Below the pieces are notes generated by a model that saw only the letters and a program-made list of their open reading frames with translations, did no database searches and was not told the origin of the DNA. Both the position numbers and the translations under genes were made by a program. Positions 50,650 to 59,527 of a stretch of 64,000 nt of DNA are shown here, in pieces. Position 1 is the stretch's first letter. Every line of letters begins with the position of its first letter. This DNA comes from a virus (Duplodnaviria; Caudoviricetes): the IMG/VR virus record IMGVR_UViG_3300005512_000001, positions 192,001-256,000 of that record, one strand, 5' to 3'.

Positions 50650-52197
50650 ATGCCAGAGCATGTAAACACAATCACTGAGCAAAATGATGCTCACCAGAAG
50701 GCTGTAATTACGGAAGCACGTAAGAATTCGGATGTCAAGAGATGGTCAGCCGTTCTTCAGAAGTGCAAAGAGATTCCGCAGAAGAAACTCGGCCTAATGG
50801 CGTCTTTGCTGGAAAACCAGCATAAGGCTTGGGACCCGAAGAACAGGACTGTCCTGTTTGAGGATATTACTACTACCGGCAATGTCGCCGATTTTACGCG
50901 GTTTGCTCTGCCACTCATTCGCAAGAGTTACGCCCGCCTGATTTCCGATAATCTGGTTGGTGTGCAGCCGATGAGCCAACCAGCATCCCTGATTTTCTAT
51001 ATCAGGTACCGTTATGCCCTGTCCAAGGGCCAGACTGTTGCTGGCACGCAAATCATGCGTCAGAACACCAGCCAAGCTTTCGCCAAGCAAAACGGCTGGG
51101 CGCTTGACCCATATTACAGCTCGCAGCAGGTTCGCGACGAAGACCTGACTACGGCTGCAGCTAGTGATGGTGGCACCATTTCCGGTACCCTGCAACACCG
51201 CCCAATTCTTGCGGGTACAGTTGTAGTCAATATTTTCGAGGCTGACCAGCTGACCGAGAACTGCGATAATCTAGTTCCGTTCCTGCAGGTTACCTTCGAT
51301 GCTGACGGTGCAGTTGATGTCGTTATTACGCGTGACGACACTGATGTGACTTCCGGCCTGACTGTTGATACCACCAACAGTACGTTCGATTCGAGCGATG
51401 GTTCGGTCACCGTTATCTTGACTGGTGGTGCCATCCCAACAGGTGCATTCGCAAGAGCCAACTACGAATACGACCTGGAAGCCAACCCATTCCAGCCTGA
51501 GTTGACCCTCAGCATCGATAGCGACAGCGTTGCTGCTGTTACTCGTAAGCTGAAGACTGCTTGGTCGCTGGAAGCCGCTCAGGACCTCAAGGCCGTTCAC
51601 AATATCGACGCCGAGAGCACCCTGACCGACCTTATGGCTGACGAGATGGTCGCGGAAATTGACCGTGAAATTATCAATGACCTAATTATTGCAGCCGCAA
51701 TTAGGGCACAGCATAATTTCGCTACAGCCGCCGGAGCATCTGTCAACTTTACTGACCGCAACATTGCGTTGCTGTACAAGGTCCTTGAAGTTGCCAATAT
51801 CATCCACCGTACCACACTGCGTGGCCCGGCGAACTGGATGGTAACCTCCGCCGATATCAGCTCGAAGTTCGAGCAGCTAAATGACTTCAGAGGCAGTGAT
51901 GCCTTTGTCGACGAAGGTCTAGACATTGGCATTATGAACGCCGGTACGATACAGGGCAAGATGCACCTGTACAAAGACCCACTGTTCCCGAACTGCAAAA
52001 TCCTGCTGGGATACAAGGGTGGTAGCGTTCTGGATGCCGGTTACTTCTACGCTCCGTACATACCATTGCTGAGTACTCCTACTGTACTTGATCCTAATTC
52101 CTTTACCCCGAATAAGGGAATCATGACGAGATACGGTAAAAAGTTGATTGAGGATGGCGGCCTCTATTATGGTGTCGTAACAGTTTCTAACCTGTAG
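50650..52197 (+). CDS. gp23: major capsid protein
   Basis: LLENQ, VGVQPMSQP..IFY, TRKLK..WS.E.AQDL.A.H, EIDREI, YAPYIPL, MTRYG. Confidence 0.97.
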   Translation: MPEHVNTITEQNDAHQKAVITEARKNSDVKRWSAVLQKCKEIPQKKLGLMASLLENQHKAWDPKNRTVLFEDITTTGNVADFTRFALPLIRKSYARLISDNLVGVQPMSQPASLIFYIRYRYALSKGQTVAGTQIMRQNTSQAFAKQNGWALDPYYSSQQVRDEDLTTAAASDGGTISGTLQHRPILAGTVVVNIFEADQLTENCDNLVPFLQVTFDADGAVDVVITRDDTDVTSGLTVDTTNSTFDSSDGSVTVILTGGAIPTGAFARANYEYDLEANPFQPELTLSIDSDSVAAVTRKLKTAWSLEAAQDLKAVHNIDAESTLTDLMADEMVAEIDREIINDLIIAAAIRAQHNFATAAGASVNFTDRNIALLYKVLEVANIIHRTTLRGPANWMVTSADISSKFEQLNDFRGSDAFVDEGLDIGIMNAGTIQGKMHLYKDPLFPNCKILLGYKGGSVLDAGYFYAPYIPLLSTPTVLDPNSFTPNKGIMTRYGKKLIEDGGLYYGVVTVSNL

Positions 52198-52211
52198 AAG
52201 TCATAGTACGT

Positions 52212-52249
52212 AAAAAAGACCCCGGCTATTTTGATCGGGGTCTTTTTTT
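52212..52249 (+). terminator. intrinsic terminator after MCP
   Basis: AAAAAAGACCCCG / CGGGGTCTTTTTT. Confidence 0.88.
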
Positions 52250-52332
52250 ATTTTTGATTGAATACTTCTACGGAAATTTCAATAGGCTACAATAGTTCTA
52301 TTCTTCGTAGAAGTATTCAATCAAAAATAAAA
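52246..52332. repeat. 27-bp perfect inverted repeat (33-nt spacer) upstream of the endonuclease gene
   Basis: TTTTATTTTTGATTGAATACTTCTACG (52246-52272) / CGTAGAAGTATTCAATCAAAAATAAAA (52306-52332). Confidence 0.9.
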
Positions 52333-52365
52333 TATTGTAAACGAATACTTCTACAGGATACTTCT

Positions 52366-54093
52366 ATGAAACTAGCAATTGAAAATCAAATTCAAGAATT
52401 ACATCAAATAGGGAAAACACAAAAAGAAATGGCCAAAATTTTAAAATGTAGTATTACTACTATACGCAGGAAGATGCGCGAATTGAAATTATATGGGAAA
52501 AGTAAAGGAACTAGAAAGTACAAAATCAATGAAGATGTCTTTAAAATAATTGATACTGAAGAAAAGGCATATTGGTTGGGTTTTCTTTTGGCCGATGGAT
52601 GTATAGCAAAATCTGGTGGTACTAAAAGGGCTATTCGTGTGTTTTTGAAACGTGGTGATATGCCGCATTTAAAAAAGTTGGCGAAATTTTTTAATTATAA
52701 AGGGAAATTCCATCCTGATAATAGAGATAATCATCCTAGGGTTGGAATAGTGTTTAATTCTATAAAATTATGTAGATCCTTAATTAATAGTGGGTGGATG
52801 GAATATAAACAATCTGGGGACTGCTCAATCATCAATACTGTGCCGCCTATTTTATTTAATCATTTTATTAGGGGATATTTTGATGGTGATGGGTGCATAA
52901 GTTATGGTATTCGGAAATCTGTAGATGGTGGTTTGCGTCCGAATAAAGATTGGTATATCAATATAGTATGTAAATATGAAGCTCCTCTGGTTTTGTTTGG
53001 GCAAAAATTAGAACAAGTTTGGGGGGAGATTAAAAAACCATATAGGAGGAAGTCAGTATATTCACTAACCTATAATGGCAATAACAAATTAGTCAATTTC
53101 CTTGATTGGCTTTATAGTGATGCTACTGTATATTTAGATAGAAAATTTGTTAGAAAGTTAGAATTCAGTGATACTAAGATATATTCGTTTAATAATATAT
53201 GGGATTTTGAGTTTATTTATAGCACAAACCATGTAATTAATAGAAAAGATTGTAGTGATATTGTTGATGGTTTTACGGATAGGCTGATTAATTCTGGGTG
53301 GGCAAATCCTACTATCGACGCATCTGATGATTGGGATAAATGTAAATCGATAAACATAGATAGATATATTGTTGATAATCATGTACGTACTGGATTATCT
53401 CCCGGCAATCGAATTATTGAGAAGTTCCAACCATCCATCTGGTATGTCGCTATAAATAATAATACTGCTATTGCTGAATTCACTAACAATAGGAAGATGG
53501 TAAAAAAAGCTGTTAATGCGTTGCTTACTACTCCTAATAAACACATATATCCACGTAGACTTATACGTGAAATGCTGTTCGCCGGATTTACCCGTGCGTC
53601 TCTGACCAGTGTTCCAGTTTTCTTGGCTGCCATCAAATTATTTAAACTTAGTGGTAATTGGTACGACCCATGCGCCGGGTGGGGCAATAGGCTTATCGCA
53701 TCATATTTGGCCGGGATTGATTATGAATGCACAGACCCAGGTGTAAGTTATGATGGACTGGTCAAAATAGCTGAAGAATTCAATATCAATGCCACGATCA
53801 ATAATAATAAGTGGCAAGACCACGCACCAAAAAATTATGATTTTATGCTTACTTCTCCGCCATTTTGGAATAAGGAAAACTATTTAGATGGTGTTGATTA
53901 TGGCCTATTTGATAAATGGTACAAAGATTTCATTGTGGGCTTGATAGAATCTTCATGTGGTCGTACAATCCTTCATGTAGATAATCGCATTAAAAACAAG
54001 TTGGTAGATGATTTTGATGTCAGCATCACTGATGTTGCCTCCATCAATAGAAGTAAAGCTCCTACAGAATTTTTTGTGGAGATATTTAAATAA
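52366..54093 (+). CDS. HTH + LAGLIDADG endonuclease fused to an amino-DNA-methyltransferase domain
   Basis: AYWLGFLLADG, FIRGYFDGDG; C-terminal YDPCAGWGNR (motif I) and TSPPFW..E.Y (motif IV). Confidence 0.85.
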   Translation: MKLAIENQIQELHQIGKTQKEMAKILKCSITTIRRKMRELKLYGKSKGTRKYKINEDVFKIIDTEEKAYWLGFLLADGCIAKSGGTKRAIRVFLKRGDMPHLKKLAKFFNYKGKFHPDNRDNHPRVGIVFNSIKLCRSLINSGWMEYKQSGDCSIINTVPPILFNHFIRGYFDGDGCISYGIRKSVDGGLRPNKDWYINIVCKYEAPLVLFGQKLEQVWGEIKKPYRRKSVYSLTYNGNNKLVNFLDWLYSDATVYLDRKFVRKLEFSDTKIYSFNNIWDFEFIYSTNHVINRKDCSDIVDGFTDRLINSGWANPTIDASDDWDKCKSINIDRYIVDNHVRTGLSPGNRIIEKFQPSIWYVAINNNTAIAEFTNNRKMVKKAVNALLTTPNKHIYPRRLIREMLFAGFTRASLTSVPVFLAAIKLFKLSGNWYDPCAGWGNRLIASYLAGIDYECTDPGVSYDGLVKIAEEFNINATINNNKWQDHAPKNYDFMLTSPPFWNKENYLDGVDYGLFDKWYKDFIVGLIESSCGRTILHVDNRIKNKLVDDFDVSITDVASINRSKAPTEFFVEIFK

Positions 54094-54114
54094 CTTAATC
54101 ACTATATAATTTCT

Positions 54115-54406
54115 AAAAGCGATCGCCGAAAGCACTAATAAGCATGAGGCCGCTAGAACAAGTCCCTGATGATGAGAGTCAACTTTTGAGCCTATATTGA
54201 TATTTAAATGATTGCTAGTCCCTGGCGATTTTACCGACGCTATTATCAACGAGAGGTCTTTACTACGGTGTCGTTACTGTGACTTATAAATCCTATTTAT
54301 GGATTTATGAATATAAAATGAGACTAAAACTTGTAGACACTGCAACCAGGACAAGCCATTAGATAGGTTCTATAAAGGCAAAGCCAAATGCAAGGATTGT
54401 TTGGCT
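54115..54406 (+). ncRNA. candidate structured non-coding RNA (strand uncertain)
   Basis: ~300 nt without long ORF; TATAAT at 54105; nested stems GAGCCTAT/ATAGGTTC, GTCCCTGG/CCAGGAC, CGACGCT/GGTGTCG, ATAAATCC/GGATTTAT; terminal hairpin. Confidence 0.4.
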
Positions 54407-54833
54407 ATTGACATGCATTCACATCAAAGTTGCCCAGCAAGTTTTTGCACATTGCCACTTCTATCTCATTGATATTGGCTCTATTGCCAAGATGTGGGCG
54501 GTCAACACCAAATACAATACCAAACGCTGAAATTTCTTCTCGAACTGCAGGGTTATAATCTTCTAGCACTCTCCAAAAATGTTTGCAGTCACGCGTAATG
54601 TAGTGATTATCATCATTAAATTGCACATAGATTAAAAAATACAATTCTGCACCGTCTGGCTCAGCAACATCGTCTGACAATACGTAATAATCATTTGTGC
54701 CACTATCTATCAGGCGTACGAGCCCTAATACTTTGCCATATGAGGATAGGTCATGGGATATTGTTAATGGTCGAACGTGGTTAGGCATTCGCGTGAGCTT
54801 CTTGCCAGTTATTGGTCCATAATTGCTATTCAC
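54405..54833 (-). CDS. hypothetical, family B
   Basis: YVLSDD..PDG..LYFLI..YIT...FW.V shared with 55451-55894. Confidence 0.65.
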   Translation of the reverse strand: MNSNYGPITGKKLTRMPNHVRPLTISHDLSSYGKVLGLVRLIDSGTNDYYVLSDDVAEPDGAELYFLIYVQFNDDNHYITRDCKHFWRVLEDYNPAVREEISAFGIVFGVDRPHLGNRANINEIEVAMCKNLLGNFDVNACQ

Positions 54834-55137
54834 CAGGCACCACCAATCTTTCCACCATATCGAGCAAATCTTGACAGTTCACTGCGTTTGAACAATGTAT
54901 GTGTAGCTTGTTCTTAAGCTCTAGCATACTTTTGAAATATAATGCCATAGATGAGGCGGCATTAAATATAAGTACTATTTGGAAGTGAACTTTAGAAGCT
55001 GGGTCAGAAATTTCCCCATATGATACTATAGATAAATTAAACGAAGAAATCGAAGAATTTCTATATTCTGCACCTGGTAGGCATGCCCAACCTTCTGTTA
55101 GGCTGATTCTATTTAAGAATTTTCTCAATTTTGGCAC
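54826..55137 (-). CDS. hypothetical, family A (~105 aa)
   Basis: ISSF.L..V..GEI.DP.S...F.IV. Confidence 0.65.
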   Translation of the reverse strand: MPKLRKFLNRISLTEGWACLPGAEYRNSSISSFNLSIVSYGEISDPASKVHFQIVLIFNAASSMALYFKSMLELKNKLHIHCSNAVNCQDLLDMVERLVVPGE

Positions 55138-55139
55138 AC

Positions 55140-55460
55140 TTATGCTTGCAAGAAATTATCAATTTCACTTTGTACTGCATCAAGAAGTATTTGTAAATTA
55201 GCTATATCGCCATGGCGGTCTAATATCAATAATTTAAGCATATCTAGACAGCTAAATTGGAATATCGATGAAGAAACGTTTCGCTGGCTCTCGTTCCATG
55301 CATGAATCACTATTCCAAAAAGCACTTCAGAAGATGGGTCTGCTATTTCGCCATTTGCCACCATATATAATCCAAATGAAGAAATACAGCTATCAAAGTG
55401 GCCGTCAACAGGAGTTACCGGTAGTTGAACATGACCAGATATGGCCTGTTTTATTTGCAT
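55140..55460 (-). CDS. hypothetical, family A
   Basis: ISSFGLYMVANGEIADPSS. Confidence 0.65.
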   Translation of the reverse strand: MQIKQAISGHVQLPVTPVDGHFDSCISSFGLYMVANGEIADPSSEVLFGIVIHAWNESQRNVSSSIFQFSCLDMLKLLILDRHGDIANLQILLDAVQSEIDNFLQA

Positions 55461-55894
55461 TTAATTGATTCAACTCCGTTGCAGTATCTCTTGATGGCTG
55501 CTTTACAAGCCTCAATCTCTGGCGTCATAATAATAGAACGCATTATGATTGACCGTCTCCATCCATAAGCAAGCGGTATATTGCGGTCATCATCAATTAG
55601 CGAGGCTGGCGTACCTATGCTAACACCCCAGAATCTACTCCCATCTGTAATATAATCGTGGCTATTATCGTAAGGACATGCATCTTGCCATACTTCTATA
55701 AGAAAATACAGCTTAGAACCATCTGGGTTTAATAAATCCTCAGAAAGAAAATATGAATCATCTCCCGGCTCTGCTGTGTTATTCCCATCCATCACAATAC
55801 GAACAGGCCCCACAACACGCGCTGTTATAGCATCGATTTCAGATGGTGGCACATCGTCTGGGATTTGTTTTAGCGGTTGTGTGTCCATTCGCAT
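55451..55894 (-). CDS. hypothetical, family B
   Basis: YFLSEDLLNPDGSKLYFLI; GGAG RBS. Confidence 0.65.
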   Translation of the reverse strand: MRMDTQPLKQIPDDVPPSEIDAITARVVGPVRIVMDGNNTAEPGDDSYFLSEDLLNPDGSKLYFLIEVWQDACPYDNSHDYITDGSRFWGVSIGTPASLIDDDRNIPLAYGWRRSIIMRSIIMTPEIEACKAAIKRYCNGVESIKCK

Positions 55895-56001
55895 ACTCCG
55901 TTAGTAATTTCTTAGCATATTGCATATGCTTGGTGCACTATGGTTTGCATGATGCATATGCTCATATGCTCTTATTTGCTTTCCCAAATAAGAGGGTACT
56001 T

Positions 56002-56274
56002 TCATATTTCTAAAGTCCTACCAGTATCCTTTGAGCCTGGTAAAGGTGGAGATAAGCTTGAAGGCTGTTGGCTCGGAGTAGGTTCCTCTATTGCATCTTG
56101 GTACCGGTTATATAAAAATGCCCCAGCAAACAATATCGGGGCCACAATAGCCAATATATAGCCCCCGCCATCTTCGCCCATGAACACCATACACAGACCG
56201 ATAAGCATAGGCAGTAATGACCCAAGCATTAGTAAAAAACCAAAAATGCCTAGCGTGATGTGTAGCAGCCGCAT
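56002..56274 (-). CDS. small membrane protein (2 TM)
   Basis: Two hydrophobic stretches. Confidence 0.6.
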   Translation of the reverse strand: MRLLHITLGIFGFLLMLGSLLPMLIGLCMVFMGEDGGGYILAIVAPILFAGAFLYNRYQDAIEEPTPSQQPSSLSPPLPGSKDTGRTLEI

Positions 56275-56303
56275 GCATGTTGGTATAATTGTGCGGGCGT
56301 ATC

Positions 56304-56350
56304 AGAAATTAGGCAGTTGCTGTATTCTTAGTAGCAACTGCCTAATTTCT
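56304..56350. repeat. 18-bp perfect inverted repeat
   Basis: AGAAATTAGGCAGTTGCT / AGCAACTGCCTAATTTCT. Confidence 0.9.
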
Positions 56351-56357
56351 TAATTTC

Positions 56358-56573
56358 CTAGCTCTTCTTTTTCAGACCACCACGTCCTTGCTCGTTGCGG
56401 ATATCTAGATACTCATCACACAAACCGTAAGCATTCCATAACGCTTTTTTCATGCTACGAAGAGCTTTTTGGTTCTGATTCCTGCATAATGCAGCTGTGA
56501 TTTTCTCAACAGCGCGTTGAATTTCTTGAAATTTGTCGTCTTGTTCTTCACTACCTATTACTGGCTTTGCCAT
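56358..56573 (-). CDS. hypothetical protein
   Basis: ORF with purine-rich RBS. Confidence 0.55.
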   Translation of the reverse strand: MAKPVIGSEEQDDKFQEIQRAVEKITAALCRNQNQKALRSMKKALWNAYGLCDEYLDIRNEQGRGGLKKKS

Positions 56574-56591
56574 AATGATTCTTTCTATTAG

Positions 56592-56987
56592 TTATGATAT
56601 CAAATTGGGCTTGGAAAGTCTTCTCTCTAGTTCATCTAAATGATTCTTTACACGCTTAGCGATGCCGTCCCGAGTATGTGTGCATTGGGCCATTATAATC
56701 CTAGCAAGGGTGTCTAATTCATCAGAATTGAAAGTTGCAAGCTTCTCGATGAGATTAGTACATGCTTCTTCTTTTTCAACAAAAGCCTGAACCCTATCAA
56801 GAACAACCTGCTTTTTCTCGGCTTCAGTCTTTTTGCCGCCAAAATCAGTCCTAATACTCATCTTCAATTGATGGATGACCTTACTGTTTGACCAAGTGCT
56901 ACGTTCTTCTAGCGTGGCGGCCTCACCGGTACGGCGGGTGGTTGGCTTGGTTTTTGCGCGTTTGAATTTAAATCCTAATGTGCTCAT
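56592..56987 (-). CDS. hypothetical protein
   Basis: ATG 56987 with AAGGA RBS. Confidence 0.6.
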   Translation of the reverse strand: MSTLGFKFKRAKTKPTTRRTGEAATLEERSTWSNSKVIHQLKMSIRTDFGGKKTEAEKKQVVLDRVQAFVEKEEACTNLIEKLATFNSDELDTLARIIMAQCTHTRDGIAKRVKNHLDELERRLSKPNLIS

Positions 56988-57009
56988 TTTCTGTCCTTCC
57001 TGGCCTCTG

Positions 57010-57052
57010 TGAGGCTCGTTTTGTATGAGTCTTAAATACAAAACGAGCCTCA
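57010..57052. repeat. 17-bp perfect inverted repeat in divergent intergenic region
   Basis: TGAGGCTCGTTTTGTAT / ATACAAAACGAGCCTCA. Confidence 0.9.
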
Positions 57053-57145
57053 TATATTATTCTCAGTTTATAGGGCTATAGACGGCGGGGTGTCTAATTT
57101 CTCGGACATATCGCTTGAGACAAAACCACACGGAACATAATAATA

Positions 57146-57457
57146 ATGAATATTAGTGACGCCCCTAAATTTCTGCCGCGTACTGAATTAAATGTCCGAC
57201 GTGAATTTGTGGTCAGGTCATTTCATATAGAACTAATTGCCGATGGCGACATATGTAATCCATCTAGCACTCCCGCTTTTTCTGTGGAGGCAGTTTGTTA
57301 TATGTATGGTAAGCAATATTTTAGTTATTGTGCGGCTATTATAGACTTAGACGATTTGGATGATTATATGATTATAAACAATGCTAGATGCATAAATTTC
57401 CAAGAGTTTAAAAATGCTGTTGAATCAGAGATTAAGAAATTTATATCGGGGTTGTAA
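57146..57457 (+). CDS. hypothetical, family A
   Basis: SFHIELIADGDICNPSSTPAF. Confidence 0.65.
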   Translation: MNISDAPKFLPRTELNVRREFVVRSFHIELIADGDICNPSSTPAFSVEAVCYMYGKQYFSYCAAIIDLDDLDDYMIINNARCINFQEFKNAVESEIKKFISGL

Positions 57458-57771
57458 TGGGTGTTATATCTATCGCATGCGCTGTTGATGTCCCAGTTTG
57501 TATGCCGCAATTTGAACACCACATGTTAGTGATTGACTATTATCATTTGTGGCTTATATCCAATGAATCCACAGAAAATCCTGACTCAATTCCCTACTTT
57601 ATGATTGTTGTATGTTACTATTCTGTGGTTGGTGGCGTTAGGAGAACGCTTCAGTCGCCCCTATTTCGATTTGATGATATTAGTGTCTTGCAAGAGGAAT
57701 TTTCTGAACATGCGAATGTAACTGAGCTAATTGACTCAGTTGGGAACCTAGTTGGGAACCTCATTGATTAG
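57457..57771 (+). CDS. hypothetical, family A (divergent)
   Basis: YHLWLIS..ENPDSIPYFMIV..N..ELIDSV. Confidence 0.6.
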   Translation: MGVISIACAVDVPVCMPQFEHHMLVIDYYHLWLISNESTENPDSIPYFMIVVCYYSVVGGVRRTLQSPLFRFDDISVLQEEFSEHANVTELIDSVGNLVGNLID

Positions 57772-57785
57772 TCAAAAATATAGGT

Positions 57786-58028
57786 ATGAAGATTGATATA
57801 TTATTTGAAAATGAGTCAGCACGCAGAGAGGAAGCTCTTGTCAAAAATGCTGTGCAGGCTACAAAAGAAGACATTGGACATAGTTTGAAGCACTACGTCA
57901 CCGCATATAATTATTGGGTAAATAATAAAGATGAAGTTCCAGACCAAATATCACAATTAAGCGGCATATTACGCGGCATATTAATTACCTTACACCAAGC
58001 TGACGTGCCCATCGATATCATAATATGA
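57786..58028 (+). CDS. small protein with MKIxxLFE N-terminus, candidate head-internal protein
   Basis: CAAAAATATA directly upstream. Confidence 0.55.
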   Translation: MKIDILFENESARREEALVKNAVQATKEDIGHSLKHYVTAYNYWVNNKDEVPDQISQLSGILRGILITLHQADVPIDIII

Positions 58029-58029
58029 T

Positions 58030-58035
58030 GTATTT
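58030..58035 (+). promoter_or_regulatory. putative second promoter motif GTATTT (representative copy)
   Basis: GTATTT 7-8 nt before ATG at 17496, 58030, 58779 and 61494. Confidence 0.45.
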
Positions 58036-58042
58036 GTAGTGG

Positions 58043-58453
58043 ATGAGAGAGTTCGACTACATCCAAAAAGACACGTCTTTTACGAGTGGCGATTGCTTCA
58101 AAACTTGTGTTGCTTATTTGCTTGGTATCAATCCAGATATAGTCCCGAACTTCTGTGCCATGGAAGGTGATTGGATTCAACATCTCCAAGCCTGGTTAGA
58201 ACCGCGCGGTCTGATGTATCTTGAACTCGATTGTGATAAGAATGATATGCTTGATTGTCATGCTTTAATTGACGGCACACTGTGTATATTGACGGGCCAT
58301 AGTCCCCGGAATCCAGAGAAGTTCCATTGCATCATTGGTAAATATGTGTTGAAGGACAATGAGCAGCAGATGAAATATATCCATGACCCGCATCCAGATG
58401 GAACATGGATTACAGATTTTAAGCATTATGCTTTTATCATGAGAAGATTGTAA
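58043..58453 (+). CDS. papain-fold/C39-like peptidase domain protein
   Basis: Q..GDCFKTCVA..LG; HCII; IHDPHP (Cys-His-Asp). Confidence 0.55.
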   Translation: MREFDYIQKDTSFTSGDCFKTCVAYLLGINPDIVPNFCAMEGDWIQHLQAWLEPRGLMYLELDCDKNDMLDCHALIDGTLCILTGHSPRNPEKFHCIIGKYVLKDNEQQMKYIHDPHPDGTWITDFKHYAFIMRRL

Positions 58454-58455
58454 TA

Positions 58456-58770
58456 ATGCGTGATGTGCAATATATAGCTAATGAAGTGATTCCATTCCAA
58501 TGGAAAAGCCACAGTGCTTCTGAATTAAATATTTCGGGGTTTCATATATGTTTAATAGCAGACGGAGAATTGTGCGACCCGTCTGTGGTGCCTACATTGT
58601 GTGTAATTCTATATCACCGCATTGGGTTTCAACAAGCAGGCATGTTAATGCACAACATCTCTGAGATGGTTGAGTTAAACCAATCACCACTGAGAAGAGC
58701 TGAAAATTGGGGTGAGTGTGTAAAACTGATAAACCAAGCAATAGTATCATATGCAAACACGTTTCAATAA
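58456..58770 (+). CDS. hypothetical, family A
   Basis: ISGFHICLIADGELCDPSVVP. Confidence 0.65.
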   Translation: MRDVQYIANEVIPFQWKSHSASELNISGFHICLIADGELCDPSVVPTLCVILYHRIGFQQAGMLMHNISEMVELNQSPLRRAENWGECVKLINQAIVSYANTFQ

Positions 58771-58791
58771 TATTTGGTGTATTTTATTGTC

Positions 58792-59073
58792 ATGGTAAAA
58801 CTACTAAAATTAACGACGGGCGAGCTGGTTGTCGCAGAAACAGAAAATCTTGGGTCGGTCTATAAGCTAAAGAATGCGGTGCAGCTTGTCGGCCATGGAG
58901 AGGGTGTGGCTGTGGTGCCGATGTGCCCGTTTTCTGATGGTGATTATATTGAGATAGATAAACTGCATGTTATCTATACGACTAAGCCAAGTGAAGATGT
59001 TTTGAACCCATATAATATGCAATATGGTAGTGGCATTATTACACACGCACCAGCCAATATATTGCAAGAATAA
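58792..59073 (+). CDS. Sm-like small protein common in T4-like phages
   Basis: KLLKLTTGELVVAE..LKN..PFSD..N.YN..GSGII. Confidence 0.55.
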   Translation: MVKLLKLTTGELVVAETENLGSVYKLKNAVQLVGHGEGVAVVPMCPFSDGDYIEIDKLHVIYTTKPSEDVLNPYNMQYGSGIITHAPANILQE

Positions 59074-59137
59074 TATTGACATTTCTGAGATTTTGCTCAT
59101 AGAACTCGCAATTTCATATTGATTTCAAAGATATAAT

Positions 59138-59512
59138 ATGAAATTGCGAGTTCTATATGAGAATCAGATTATCCCATCCTTAGCTGATTTATATCGACTA
59201 AAACCATTAATAGCCGCTGAGGCACAAAGGCTCTATGACGAATGGGAGCAAGGGGAAGATTGTGGTGGCATATGCGATGTTATCGCATATGCCATTATGG
59301 GCGTAGTGGTTGACCATTTCGACATCAATATAGATATGGGTGGGCAAGATGGTGACGACCATGCGTTTGTTGTTATTCGAGACGACAATGAGATGCCAGT
59401 CGCAGGAATAGATATTCCACATCATATCTATGAGAGAGGTGGTGGGTATTGTTGGACTAAAATAGAAGGTGTCCGGTTTGTGCCTGATGATGTGGTAATT
59501 TGGGAATACTAA
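59138..59512 (+). CDS. protein with MKLxxLYE N-terminus and putative Cys-His-Asp triad
   Basis: GGICDVIA, DHAFV, IDIP; CAAAGATATA upstream. Confidence 0.55.
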   Translation: MKLRVLYENQIIPSLADLYRLKPLIAAEAQRLYDEWEQGEDCGGICDVIAYAIMGVVVDHFDINIDMGGQDGDDHAFVVIRDDNEMPVAGIDIPHHIYERGGGYCWTKIEGVRFVPDDVVIWEY

Positions 59513-59527
59513 TTAAGAGAGGTTCCA

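Noticed and set aside
54128-54175. Hammerhead ribozyme (GAAA ... CTGATGA)
   Set aside because: Stems I-III cannot be formed convincingly around the core.
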